The position numbers and the translations under genes were made by a program. The notes under the pieces are model-generated. The model was not told the origin of the DNA. It searched no databases and saw only the letters and a list, made by a program, of their open reading frames with translations. Of a stretch of DNA of 24,522 bases, positions 9,698 through 18,483 are shown in pieces; position 1 is the stretch's first letter; each line of letters starts with the position of its first letter. This DNA is from Alkalihalobacillus alcalophilus ATCC 27647 = CGMCC 1.3604 (GTDB taxonomy: Bacteria; Bacillota; Bacilli; Bacillales; Bacillaceae_D). The DNA is taken from the NCBI RefSeq assembly GCF_000292245.2, contig NZ_ALPT02000060.1:1-24522 (forward strand), given 5' to 3'.

Positions 9698-9726
9698 GTC
9701 ATAAACTCCTCTCTCTCAACGTCCGA

Positions 9727-9756
9727 ATTATAAACACTGACCTCCTCTTTTGTCAA
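9727..9756 (-). promoter_or_regulatory. sigma-A promoter of yabE
   Basis: Minus strand: TTGACA (9756..9751), 18 nt, TATAAT (9732..9727). It is followed by a short leader with GAGAGGAG SD. Confidence 0.55.
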
Positions 9757-10012
9757 CTTTATATTTTTGTATCTCTCCCGCATGTTGTTCATTATCCACG
9801 AAATTTCGAACGAGGGAAATAAAAAAATATCGACACGTCCACTGTATGTATAACGTCCAAATTGTAGAACAAAAACGAATTTAGCAAAAAGAGGACAAGC
9901 ATATACAAAAAGCGACAAAAACCCTTTTAAACTAATACATCACACACCTTTAAAATCCTACATGATTTGTCAAATTGTAATGAAGATGTAATCTATATTA
10001 CAACAAAAATCG

Positions 10013-10043
10013 AAGAAAAAAATGGACCCCAACTTGGTCCATT
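10013..10043 (-). terminator. rho-independent terminator of yabD(tatD)
   Basis: Minus strand: AATGGACC-AAGTTGG-GGTCCATT followed by TTTTTTTC. Confidence 0.8.
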
Positions 10044-10050
10044 TACTCGT

Positions 10051-10818
10051 TTATTTAATCTTAAATAATTTTTTTGCATTTTCTCTCGTTTGCAATGCAA
10101 TTTCTTCCAGACTCATCTCACGCAATTCAGCAATTTCTTTGGCAACTAATTCCACATAAGCTGGTTCATTTCTTTTCCCACGAAATGGATGGGGAGCAAG
10201 ATAAGGACAGTCTGTTTCAATTAACAAACGCTCAAGTGGAACTTCTTTGGCAATTAACTTTGGACGCTTCGCATTTTTAAACGTTACAGGTCCTCCTAAA
10301 GAAATATAGAAGTTCATATCTAAGCATTGGGTTGCTATTTCTACACTTCCACCAAAGCAATGCATAATTCCACCGACTTCTTCTGCCTTTTCTTCTCTCA
10401 AAATATCGACAACATCTTGATCGGCATCACGATTATGGATGATGATCGGTAGTTGAACCTTTTTAGCTAGTGCAATTTGTTGACGAAAGACTTGTTTTTG
10501 AATCTCCTTTGGCGACTTGTCCCAATGATAATCTAACCCCATCTCTCCTAGGGCGACTACTTTCGGATGAGCAGCAAGTTCTTCCAACCATTTTAAGTGA
10601 TCCTCTGTCATATCAATCGCATCAACCGGGTGCCAACCAACTGCCGCATAGAGTTGCTCATATTTCTCTATTAACTTAAGAGCTCGATTAATGGTCTTCT
10701 CATCAAAACCGACGACAACCATCTCTTTCACACCGGCCTCTTCTGCCCTCTGAATAACCTCCTCTAGATCATCATCAAATTGATCAGCATTCAGATGAAC
10801 ATGTGTATCAAAAAGCAT
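10051..10818 (-). CDS. yabD: TatD-family metal-dependent DNase/hydrolase (YabD)
   Basis: MLFDTHVHLN (HxH metal motif)...GEMGLDYHW...IIHNRDA...IETDCPYLAP. 255 aa. Position is syntenic. Confidence 0.95.
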   Translation of the reverse strand: MLFDTHVHLNADQFDDDLEEVIQRAEEAGVKEMVVVGFDEKTINRALKLIEKYEQLYAAVGWHPVDAIDMTEDHLKWLEELAAHPKVVALGEMGLDYHWDKSPKEIQKQVFRQQIALAKKVQLPIIIHNRDADQDVVDILREEKAEEVGGIMHCFGGSVEIATQCLDMNFYISLGGPVTFKNAKRPKLIAKEVPLERLLIETDCPYLAPHPFRGKRNEPAYVELVAKEIAELREMSLEEIALQTRENAKKLFKIK

Positions 10819-10861
10819 TTATACCACTCCTTTAACAAACTATCACTCCATAAAATTATTC

Positions 10862-10899
10862 TAAAATAACAATAGAGAGAAGAACAATCTTCTCTCTAT
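10862..10899 (-). terminator. rho-independent terminator of metG(metS)
   Basis: Perfect 11-bp stem ATAGAGAGAAG-N6-CTTCTCTCTAT, followed on the minus strand by TGTTATTTT. Confidence 0.75.
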
Positions 10900-10917
10900 A
10901 TAACAATTAGGTTACAA

Positions 10918-12933
<2,016 letters not shown>

Positions 12934-12950
12934 TCACTTTAAAAAACAAT

Positions 12951-13243
12951 ACAAAAAGCCCTCATCCAACATGGGACGAGAGCGTTTCTCACGTGGTACC
13001 ACCCAATTTCCCCTTTTCAAAAATCAAAAGGGCTCAATAAGTCATTTGACAATCTGTTAACGCCAGCTACGTCACACCCTTATGCCTTTTATGAGACACT
13101 CGAATGTAAGTTCCTCCCGAGACCATCTTCTAACGCTGATTTATACCGGTTTTCAGCTCCCCCGGCTCTCTGCACGCAATAACTGCTTATAAATCTAGGC
13201 ATTGTACTCATCTCTTCATCGGAATCCTATATAAATCCATCTT
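12951..13243 (-). promoter_or_regulatory. T-box leader (tRNA-Met-sensing transcription attenuator) of metG
   Basis: Minus strand: Stem I elements CGATGAAGAGATGAGTA and AGAGAGCC...GCTGAAAACCGG. The candidate specifier is AUG at 13126..13124 (GAAG-AUG-G). The T-box sequence AATTGGGTGGTACCACGTG is at 13008..12990. The terminator hairpin CTCGTCCC..GGATGAGGG (12982..12959) is followed by CTTTTTGT. Confidence 0.85.
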
Positions 13244-13249
13244 TCCATA

Positions 13250-13278
13250 ATTGTACCCAAAATATACCTAACAATCAA
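13250..13278 (-). promoter_or_regulatory. sigma-A promoter of the metG T-box leader
   Basis: Minus strand: TTGATT (13278..13273), 17 nt, TACAAT (13255..13250), just upstream of Stem I. Confidence 0.55.
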
Positions 13279-13333
13279 TCAGGGAATACTGAATAATCAA
13301 TGATAAGATTCAACCAATTTTCATTCATAAGAG

Positions 13334-13799
13334 ATTGGTAATGTAATTTTTACTTTCTCTCCATTACGGTGCGTATTATCCAGGATTGGTAATGTAATTT
13401 TTACTTTCTCTCTTTTTCGGTGCGTATTATCCTCAATTGGTAATGTAATCTTCCCTTGCTCCCTTTTTCGGTGCGTATTATCCAGGATTGGTAATGTAAT
13501 TTTTACTTTCTCTCCATTACGGTGCGTATTATCCTCAATTGGTAATGTAAATTTCCCTTGCTCTCTTTTTCGGTGCGTATTATCCGCAATTGGTAATGTA
13601 ATTTTTACTTTCTCTCCATTACGGTGCGTATTATCCAGGATTGGTAATGTAATTTTTACTTTCTCTCTTTTTCGGTGCGTATTATCCGCAATTGGTAACG
13701 TAATCTTCCCTTTCTCTCCATTACGGTGCGTATTATCCTCAATTGGTAATGTAATCTTCTCTTTCCCCCTTTTACGGTGCGTATTAACCGTGATTGGTC
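13334..13799. repeat. Tandem array: 9 complete copies plus one decayed start of a 51-bp unit
   Basis: Units start at 13334, 13385, 13436, 13487, 13538, 13589, 13640, 13691 and 13742 (decayed start 13793), in exact 51-nt phase. The invariant blocks are ATTGGTAATGTAA and CGGTGCGTATTATCC. The 20-nt middle segment occurs in three recurring versions. The last 3 nt are AGG, TCA or GCA. Confidence 0.97.
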
Positions 13800-13832
13800 A
13801 TACTCACCTGCTCTTAAATGGGTTTTTGACAA

Positions 13833-13880
13833 GAAAAAATAAGCATTTGCTCCAATGTTTTTCAAAAGGCAAATGCTTAT
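13833..13880 (-). terminator. rho-independent terminator of the nurA-herA operon
   Basis: Perfect 12-bp stem ATAAGCATTTGC (13839..13850) / GCAAATGCTTAT (13869..13880). It is followed on the minus strand by TTTTTTCTTG. The loop is rather large (18 nt). Confidence 0.7.
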
Positions 13881-13919
13881 CCAGTTCAGTTCATCTAAAA
13901 ACCTCTTTAATAAAAACGG

Positions 13920-15752
13920 TCAAGGGCGATCATAAATATGAGCAAATGGTGTTTTGTTTTCCTTTAAATGCCCTTCTACACTTAAACTTTTGAGCTTGTT
14001 TTTCCATTCCTTCACGTCCCATGATTTGGATGTTTTTTGATTAAGCTCAGATAGCTGATTCATAAGTTGAATTTCAGTTAATGGAAGAAAGTCATCTAAT
14101 GCTTCCATTAAACTCTCCGTATCCGTTTCTTTCATTTCATTTAACTCATCAAAGGGGTTCAAAGTATGTGGACTTGAAGAATGGGCAAGGCGTATCCGAA
14201 CCGCCATCGTCCGCCCAATAATAGCTGAAGATACAAAAACATCACCAGAGCGTAAGTACGGGAGTCGTTTACCTTCCTCAGCCGTTAAATCGGTTTCTTC
14301 CTTGATTGTCTGAATATCGGTCCCACGAACCGTTCGAAAGACAAACTTAGAATTAAGCTGTGCCGTAATCGTTTCATCTAATAGAGTCGGTCTTTGTGTC
14401 GCAAAAATCAAAAATACCCCATATTTCCGCCCTTCTTGAGCAATTTCTTTTAATACAGACTTAGCAGGCGACTCATAGCCTTTAGGGGCAAAATTATGAG
14501 CCTCATCTGTTACAATTACAAACGGTGGGAAAAACTCACCTTGCTGTTGCTGTAACCTTGCATCTTTATATGTGCGACGCTTCCCGTACAAGGACCCAAT
14601 TACATAACTTGAAAAAACTTGCAAGAGCCAGACTGCTCCTTGTACAACAACCAATTGCCCGGCATGGATTCCTTGCTCAATCGCTCGAATATTATGTTGG
14701 AAAAGCCCGGCCTGATATAGGCGATTCATTCGCCATTGAATCCCCTTCACAGAAGAGAGCGGCAAACTACCATATTGGTCTAAGAGCTTTTTAAATGTAT
14801 TATATCGTTGGAGTTCATCTCTTGTCATTCCACCATCATTTAAGATCGACTCAAGTTTCTGTTTGCCAAGCTCAATTGCCTCTGCTAGATTGGCGGTACG
14901 ATCACTAAAAGATTGATAACTATCTTTACGTTTATGCACAGACTGAATGACATTAATCATTGATTCTGTTAATGCTCCTGATGCAGCAAGCAAACGCTCC
15001 ACATCACGTGTTGACAACGCTGAGAAATCGACCCCGACATCACGACCAATTTGCACAACCATATAACGTTGCTTATAGTTTGGCACAGTTCCAACCCCAT
15101 CTGTTTGAACGGAAAAATCCATTTCAAAATGTGGGTCAAACACAAGCGTTGGAATTTGTAATTTCATAAGTTCCTCTAACATGACACGTAATCCAAAAGA
15201 CTTCCCTGAACCCGATCCACCAAATACACCAATATGTGGATATTGTTGCATCGCTCGAATATCAAATATAAATGGAATCCCTTGTTGCTGCCTTTTTATA
15301 TCATTTTCTTGGATCGACACAAGCCCTTGTAAATCCTCTGGTAGCGTCTCAGCAACATAATCAGTTGACTTCACTTCGCCTAAAACCATGCCTTTTTTAG
15401 CTGTTGTTGTCACTAGTAATGATTCAATCTCATAAAACTCAGGGTGTCTCACATGAGCCCCTGTTTGTAATGGCTGAATCGCCTCTTCAAACAAACGAAC
15501 CTTAGCCAAATGAATATCATCGGCACCGATATCATAACCAATATGCTCAAGCGTTTTTAATACTTGATCATCTACTAATCCTTTATCAAACCCCATGGGA
15601 ATGTAACGATTATAGGAAAATGTTTCGACAACCTCTCCTTTTGGTTGATTGAGATGGTCATCTTCAATGACAACCATTTCATTCATTCGAAACTTATGTT
15701 CTTTTGAAGCGACATACACTTCATGCTGGGTTGTAACACCAACAACTTGCAT
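13920..15752 (-). CDS. herA: HerA-like (DUF87 / FtsK-HerA superfamily) hexameric ATPase-translocase
   Basis: 610 aa. The N-terminal HAS-barrel-like region is MQVVGVTT..VYV...FRMNEMVVIED. Walker A is GGSGSGKS (178-185) and Walker B is FVIVTDEAHNF (DE 416-417). ATQRPTLLDETITAQLNSKFVFR is the typical HerA sensor/Arg-finger block. ATG 15752 follows the SD AAGGGGGATGA, 14 nt after the nurA stop. Confidence 0.85.
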   Translation of the reverse strand: MQVVGVTTQHEVYVASKEHKFRMNEMVVIEDDHLNQPKGEVVETFSYNRYIPMGFDKGLVDDQVLKTLEHIGYDIGADDIHLAKVRLFEEAIQPLQTGAHVRHPEFYEIESLLVTTTAKKGMVLGEVKSTDYVAETLPEDLQGLVSIQENDIKRQQQGIPFIFDIRAMQQYPHIGVFGGSGSGKSFGLRVMLEELMKLQIPTLVFDPHFEMDFSVQTDGVGTVPNYKQRYMVVQIGRDVGVDFSALSTRDVERLLAASGALTESMINVIQSVHKRKDSYQSFSDRTANLAEAIELGKQKLESILNDGGMTRDELQRYNTFKKLLDQYGSLPLSSVKGIQWRMNRLYQAGLFQHNIRAIEQGIHAGQLVVVQGAVWLLQVFSSYVIGSLYGKRRTYKDARLQQQQGEFFPPFVIVTDEAHNFAPKGYESPAKSVLKEIAQEGRKYGVFLIFATQRPTLLDETITAQLNSKFVFRTVRGTDIQTIKEETDLTAEEGKRLPYLRSGDVFVSSAIIGRTMAVRIRLAHSSSPHTLNPFDELNEMKETDTESLMEALDDFLPLTEIQLMNQLSELNQKTSKSWDVKEWKNKLKSLSVEGHLKENKTPFAHIYDRP

Positions 15753-15766
15753 CCTTTCATCCCCCT

Positions 15767-16789
15767 TTAATATGGTCTTCCTTCTCTTTTTTTACTTAAA
15801 AATCGCTGTTTCAATTCTGGGTCAATATATTGTTCAACTAAGGCCTCGACTAGTTTATCGGTTACCCGCACTTCTCGGTCAATATGATCAAGCCAAAAAG
15901 GAATCCCTCTCCCATTTTTAGGAGTTAAGGTCGCTAATAGACGCGACATTTCCCATTTGTGCTCCGCTTGTTCATCCAACATATCAAACCCCGTTATTTG
16001 AGGGTCTGCCCCTAACCTCATCCAAACGGATTGCAAACCGGCTTTATGTTGGATTTCTTCTATATAAATAGCTTCTCCCTGATGAAGAACCCCAAAAAGC
16101 AAATCGCGATCATATGTATAACCACTTTGCTTCAACGATTGAAACGCTTCAAGGCGAACTAAATTGCTAGTCGTAATCTCTTCTGAGACGCCAACGAGGA
16201 AGACACGCTCAGCTAATGCCTTCTCTTTTAGTTTTTCCCACTCTAACGGAGCATCAATCCGGTAATGATAAAGAGCTCCATCCATCATTAATACTTTCAA
16301 ATTCTGTTCCTCTATTAATTGATAGGCAGCAGTCAGTTCTTGTTTAGCTAGTAGATGCGAGCGTTTCTTTTTCGAATCTTCTCTTTCCTCCTCTTCCGTC
16401 CTTTCATCATCTAATAAGGGAAAATAAACATCCGAAACAAAACATTCATAACCAGTCGTCGTTTTAGCGAGTGCTTGGAAAAAATAAATAAGATGTGGTG
16501 GCTCACCTTTCGTTTGATTAACCGATCCATCTACAGCACCTAACAATCCACCGCCTAGCCAAATACTTAAAGATTCGTTGTCGAATGTTGGTATTTGTCG
16601 AATATCAACATCTGATTCACTCATTTTTTGTCGAATACTATATTTATCTATATTAGTAGACTTATATTTTTGTCGAAATGATAGGTTCACTTTCTTTATC
16701 TTATCTAAAAAGTCTTGGTTAATTTTTAACAATTTTACCCAACCCCTCACTATGAAAATACTTATATATAAAGGTTTTTTTACGCTCAC
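15767..16789 (-). CDS. nurA: NurA-like 5'-3' nuclease (RNase H-like fold), partner of HerA
   Basis: NurA motif order is present: AVDGS (D87), KQELTAA (E151), LMMDGAL (D170), VGVSEEITTS (GVSKxS-like) and GIPFWLDHIDREV (D301/H302/D304). The track start GTG 16789 has no SD. TTG 16732, 10 nt after GAGGGG, is more likely and gives 321 aa. Confidence 0.75.
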   Translation of the reverse strand: MSVKKPLYISIFIVRGWVKLLKINQDFLDKIKKVNLSFRQKYKSTNIDKYSIRQKMSESDVDIRQIPTFDNESLSIWLGGGLLGAVDGSVNQTKGEPPHLIYFFQALAKTTTGYECFVSDVYFPLLDDERTEEEEREDSKKKRSHLLAKQELTAAYQLIEEQNLKVLMMDGALYHYRIDAPLEWEKLKEKALAERVFLVGVSEEITTSNLVRLEAFQSLKQSGYTYDRDLLFGVLHQGEAIYIEEIQHKAGLQSVWMRLGADPQITGFDMLDEQAEHKWEMSRLLATLTPKNGRGIPFWLDHIDREVRVTDKLVEALVEQYIDPELKQRFLSKKREGRPY

Positions 16790-16834
16790 TTATGAAATTT
16801 CTATAAAAAATATACGGAATTCAAGAAATATTAA

Positions 16835-16897
16835 TTGACTTGTTTTGGAAACGTTGGTATTCTTAGTTCAGATAGAAAAATGTCGAATAATGACACA
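16835..16897 (+). promoter_or_regulatory. abrB sigma-A promoter with downstream tandem Spo0A (0A) boxes
   Basis: TTGACT (16835..16840), 17 nt, TATTCT (16858..16863). TGTCGAA (16881..16887) and TGACACA (16891..16897) mirror the B. subtilis abrB TGTCGAATAATGACGAA operator just downstream of the start site. Confidence 0.6.
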
Positions 16898-16937
16898 ATA
16901 AAAATAAATTTTAATAGTCTGAGAGGAGACGATTTGA

Positions 16938-17225
16938 ATGAAATCTACAGGTATCGTTCGTAAAGTTGATGAATTAGGACGTGTAGTTATTCCAATTGAA
17001 CTACGTCGTACACTTGATATTGCTGAAAAAGACGCTTTAGAAATTTATGTTGATAATGATCGTATTATCCTTAAAAAGTACAAGCCAAACATGACTTGCC
17101 AAATTACTGGTGAAGTATCTGATGATAACCTATCTATCGGTGGCGGAAAGATTATTTTAAGCCCAGAAGGTGCAAAAGAAATCTTAAAAAGCCTTGAAGA
17201 TTACGTTGCCAAAACAGAAGCTTAA
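16938..17225 (+). CDS. abrB: Transition-state regulator AbrB
   Basis: MKSTGIVRKVDELGRVVIPIELRRTLDIAEKDALEIYVDNDRIILKKYKPNMTCQITGEVSDDNL is near-identical to B. subtilis AbrB (SpoVT/AbrB swapped-hairpin domain). SD is AGGAG. Confidence 0.97.
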   Translation: MKSTGIVRKVDELGRVVIPIELRRTLDIAEKDALEIYVDNDRIILKKYKPNMTCQITGEVSDDNLSIGGGKIILSPEGAKEILKSLEDYVAKTEA

Positions 17226-17241
17226 TTTATTATGATGACCC

Positions 17242-17280
17242 AAAGACTCGATTTTTTAAATCAGAGTCTTTTTTCTTTTT
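17242..17280 (+). terminator. rho-independent terminator of abrB
   Basis: AAAGACTC-loop-GAGTCTTT followed by TTTTCTTTTT. Confidence 0.75.
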
Positions 17281-17295
17281 AGATAGGTAAAGCTC

Positions 17296-17337
17296 TAAAA
17301 AACAGCTAGTAGAGGTGTTATTCACATAGCCTCTACT
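17296..17337 (-). terminator. rho-independent terminator of rsmI
   Basis: Minus strand: AGTAGAGG-N14-CCTCTACT followed by AGCTGTTTTTTAG. Confidence 0.6.
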
Positions 17338-17354
17338 CCTTTCGTTTTACCTAT

Positions 17355-18224
17355 TTATTGATGATATTGTTGATAAATCTCTCTTTTAGGTTCATCACGT
17401 TCTTCGGCCACTTGTTTTATCGCTTGTTTTGAAGTCATCCCTAAAGAAATATAATGGTCAACATGTTGAACCGCTGAAAGTGCCTCCCACCATTTATGTT
17501 CCTGTTCGGCTTCTTCATTTGCTCCTTCCACAACAAGGCAAAATTCTCCTTTTACGACTCCTTGCTCGACCCATTGTAGGGCTTCCTCTAACGTCCCTCT
17601 TTGATACTCTTCAAACCGTTTTGTTAATTCTCGACAAATAGACAAGCGGCGATTTCCCAAGTGATCATACAAAGCAAGGAGAGTTTCTTTTAACCGGTGT
17701 GGAGCTTCATAAAAAAGCAAAGTCGCCTTATGATATTGAATTTCTTCTAATACTTCCTGCCTTCGTTTCTTATGTCTTGGTAAAAAGCCAATAAACTGAA
17801 ATTGTTCGGTCGGTAAACCAGAGGCAATTAAACTTGTTAAAGCAGCATTTGCCCCTGGTAAAGAGATGACTGGAATATTTGTTTCCCTTAATATGAGTTG
17901 CACTAAATCATAACCTGGATCAGATATGGCGGGCATCCCAGCATCGCTAACTAAAGCTACCGTTTCTCCTAATTGCAATCTTTTCAAAAGCTGTTCTCCT
18001 GCTTTAGCTTTATTATGTTCATGATAACTAAATAAACTTGTTTCAATTTCAAAATGATTACATAATTTTTTCGTTTGGCGAGTATCTTCACAAGCAATAA
18101 TATTAGCTTCCTTCAATATACGAATCGCCCGGAACGTCATATCTTCCAAATTCCCAATCGGTGTCGGAACAAGATAAAGCATCCCTATTTTCCCTTCCTC
18201 TTTAAAGCTCGTCTGTTCTTTCAT
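17355..18224 (-). CDS. rsmI: 16S rRNA (cytidine1402-2'-O)-methyltransferase RsmI (YabC)
   Basis: LYLVPTPIGNLEDMTFRAIRILKEANIIACEDTR...VSDAGMPAISDPG is the tetrapyrrole-methylase-fold RsmI signature. The start is ATG 18224, behind AAGGGTG. It overlaps the yazA 3' end. Confidence 0.93.
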   Translation of the reverse strand: MKEQTSFKEEGKIGMLYLVPTPIGNLEDMTFRAIRILKEANIIACEDTRQTKKLCNHFEIETSLFSYHEHNKAKAGEQLLKRLQLGETVALVSDAGMPAISDPGYDLVQLILRETNIPVISLPGANAALTSLIASGLPTEQFQFIGFLPRHKKRRQEVLEEIQYHKATLLFYEAPHRLKETLLALYDHLGNRRLSICRELTKRFEEYQRGTLEEALQWVEQGVVKGEFCLVVEGANEEAEQEHKWWEALSAVQHVDHYISLGMTSKQAIKQVAEERDEPKREIYQQYHQ

Positions 18225-18483
18225 AGAAATCACCCTTTTCCCTATAAATCAATCGTTCTTTTTCTTTTCTTGGTAATCGTTTGAATGCATATTCTGCTTT
18301 TAATGCTTCTGATTTTGTTTCGTACTCTGTTACATGAATCACTTTAAAAGGACCTCTTCCTCTCGTATACTTGGCCCCTTTCCCTTCTTCATGTCTCTTT
18401 AATCGCTTCTCAAAATGATTTGTATATCCTGTGTACCAGCTACCATCCGCACATTCTAACACATATACAACATGAGATGTCAT
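18202..18483 (-). CDS. yazA: GIY-YIG domain protein (UPF0213, YazA)
   Basis: VVYVLECADGSWYTGYTNHFEKRLKRHEEGKGAKYTRG is a GIY...YTG...R...H..G GIY-YIG core. 93 aa. Its ATG overlaps the yabB stop (ATGA). Confidence 0.88.
   Translation of the reverse strand: MTSHVVYVLECADGSWYTGYTNHFEKRLKRHEEGKGAKYTRGRGPFKVIHVTEYETKSEALKAEYAFKRLPRKEKERLIYREKGDFYERTDEL

Noticed and set aside
9792-9800. TTATCCACG (8/9 DnaA box) in the yabE upstream region
   Set aside because: A single isolated near-consensus nonamer is expected by chance in a window of this size. It is not a cluster.
13334-13799. CRISPR array interpretation of the 51-bp tandem repeat
   Set aside because: The variable segments are only about 20 nt and fall into three recurring versions rather than unique spacers. 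The conserved part is split into two blocks. No cas genes or leader are nearby.
13334-13880. Type III toxin-antitoxin (ToxI-like repeat RNA, then terminator, then toxN-like gene)
   Set aside because: The order is wrong on both strands. On the minus strand the terminator precedes the array, and the next gene is metS with its own promoter and T-box. On the plus strand the hairpin lacks a 3' T-run and only antisense herA follows. There is no ToxN/AbiE-like ORF.
13656-13993. Track ORFs 13656..13865 (-) and 13790..13993 (+) as real genes
   Set aside because: The first starts at a TTG inside the loop of the herA terminator hairpin, without an SD, and ends inside the array. The second starts at the last codon of repeat unit 9 and runs antisense into the herA 3' end. 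Both are by-products of the stop-poor repeat.
13324-16796. Inverted 12-mers TTCATAAGAGAT (13324..13335) and the reverse complement of CTCACTTATGAA (16785..16796) as terminal inverted repeats of the nurA-herA island
   Set aside because: There is only an exact 8-mer core (10 of 12 overall) in AT-rich DNA. That is compatible with chance given the search space. There are no flanking direct repeats and no recombinase or transposase.
14525-16838. Plus-strand ORFs inside herA/nurA (14525..14794, 14960..15169, 15649..15921, 16578..16838) as a possible third component of the module
   Set aside because: They are short, lack SD sequences, have implausible composition, and are fully embedded antisense in the two supported genes. 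No independent support.
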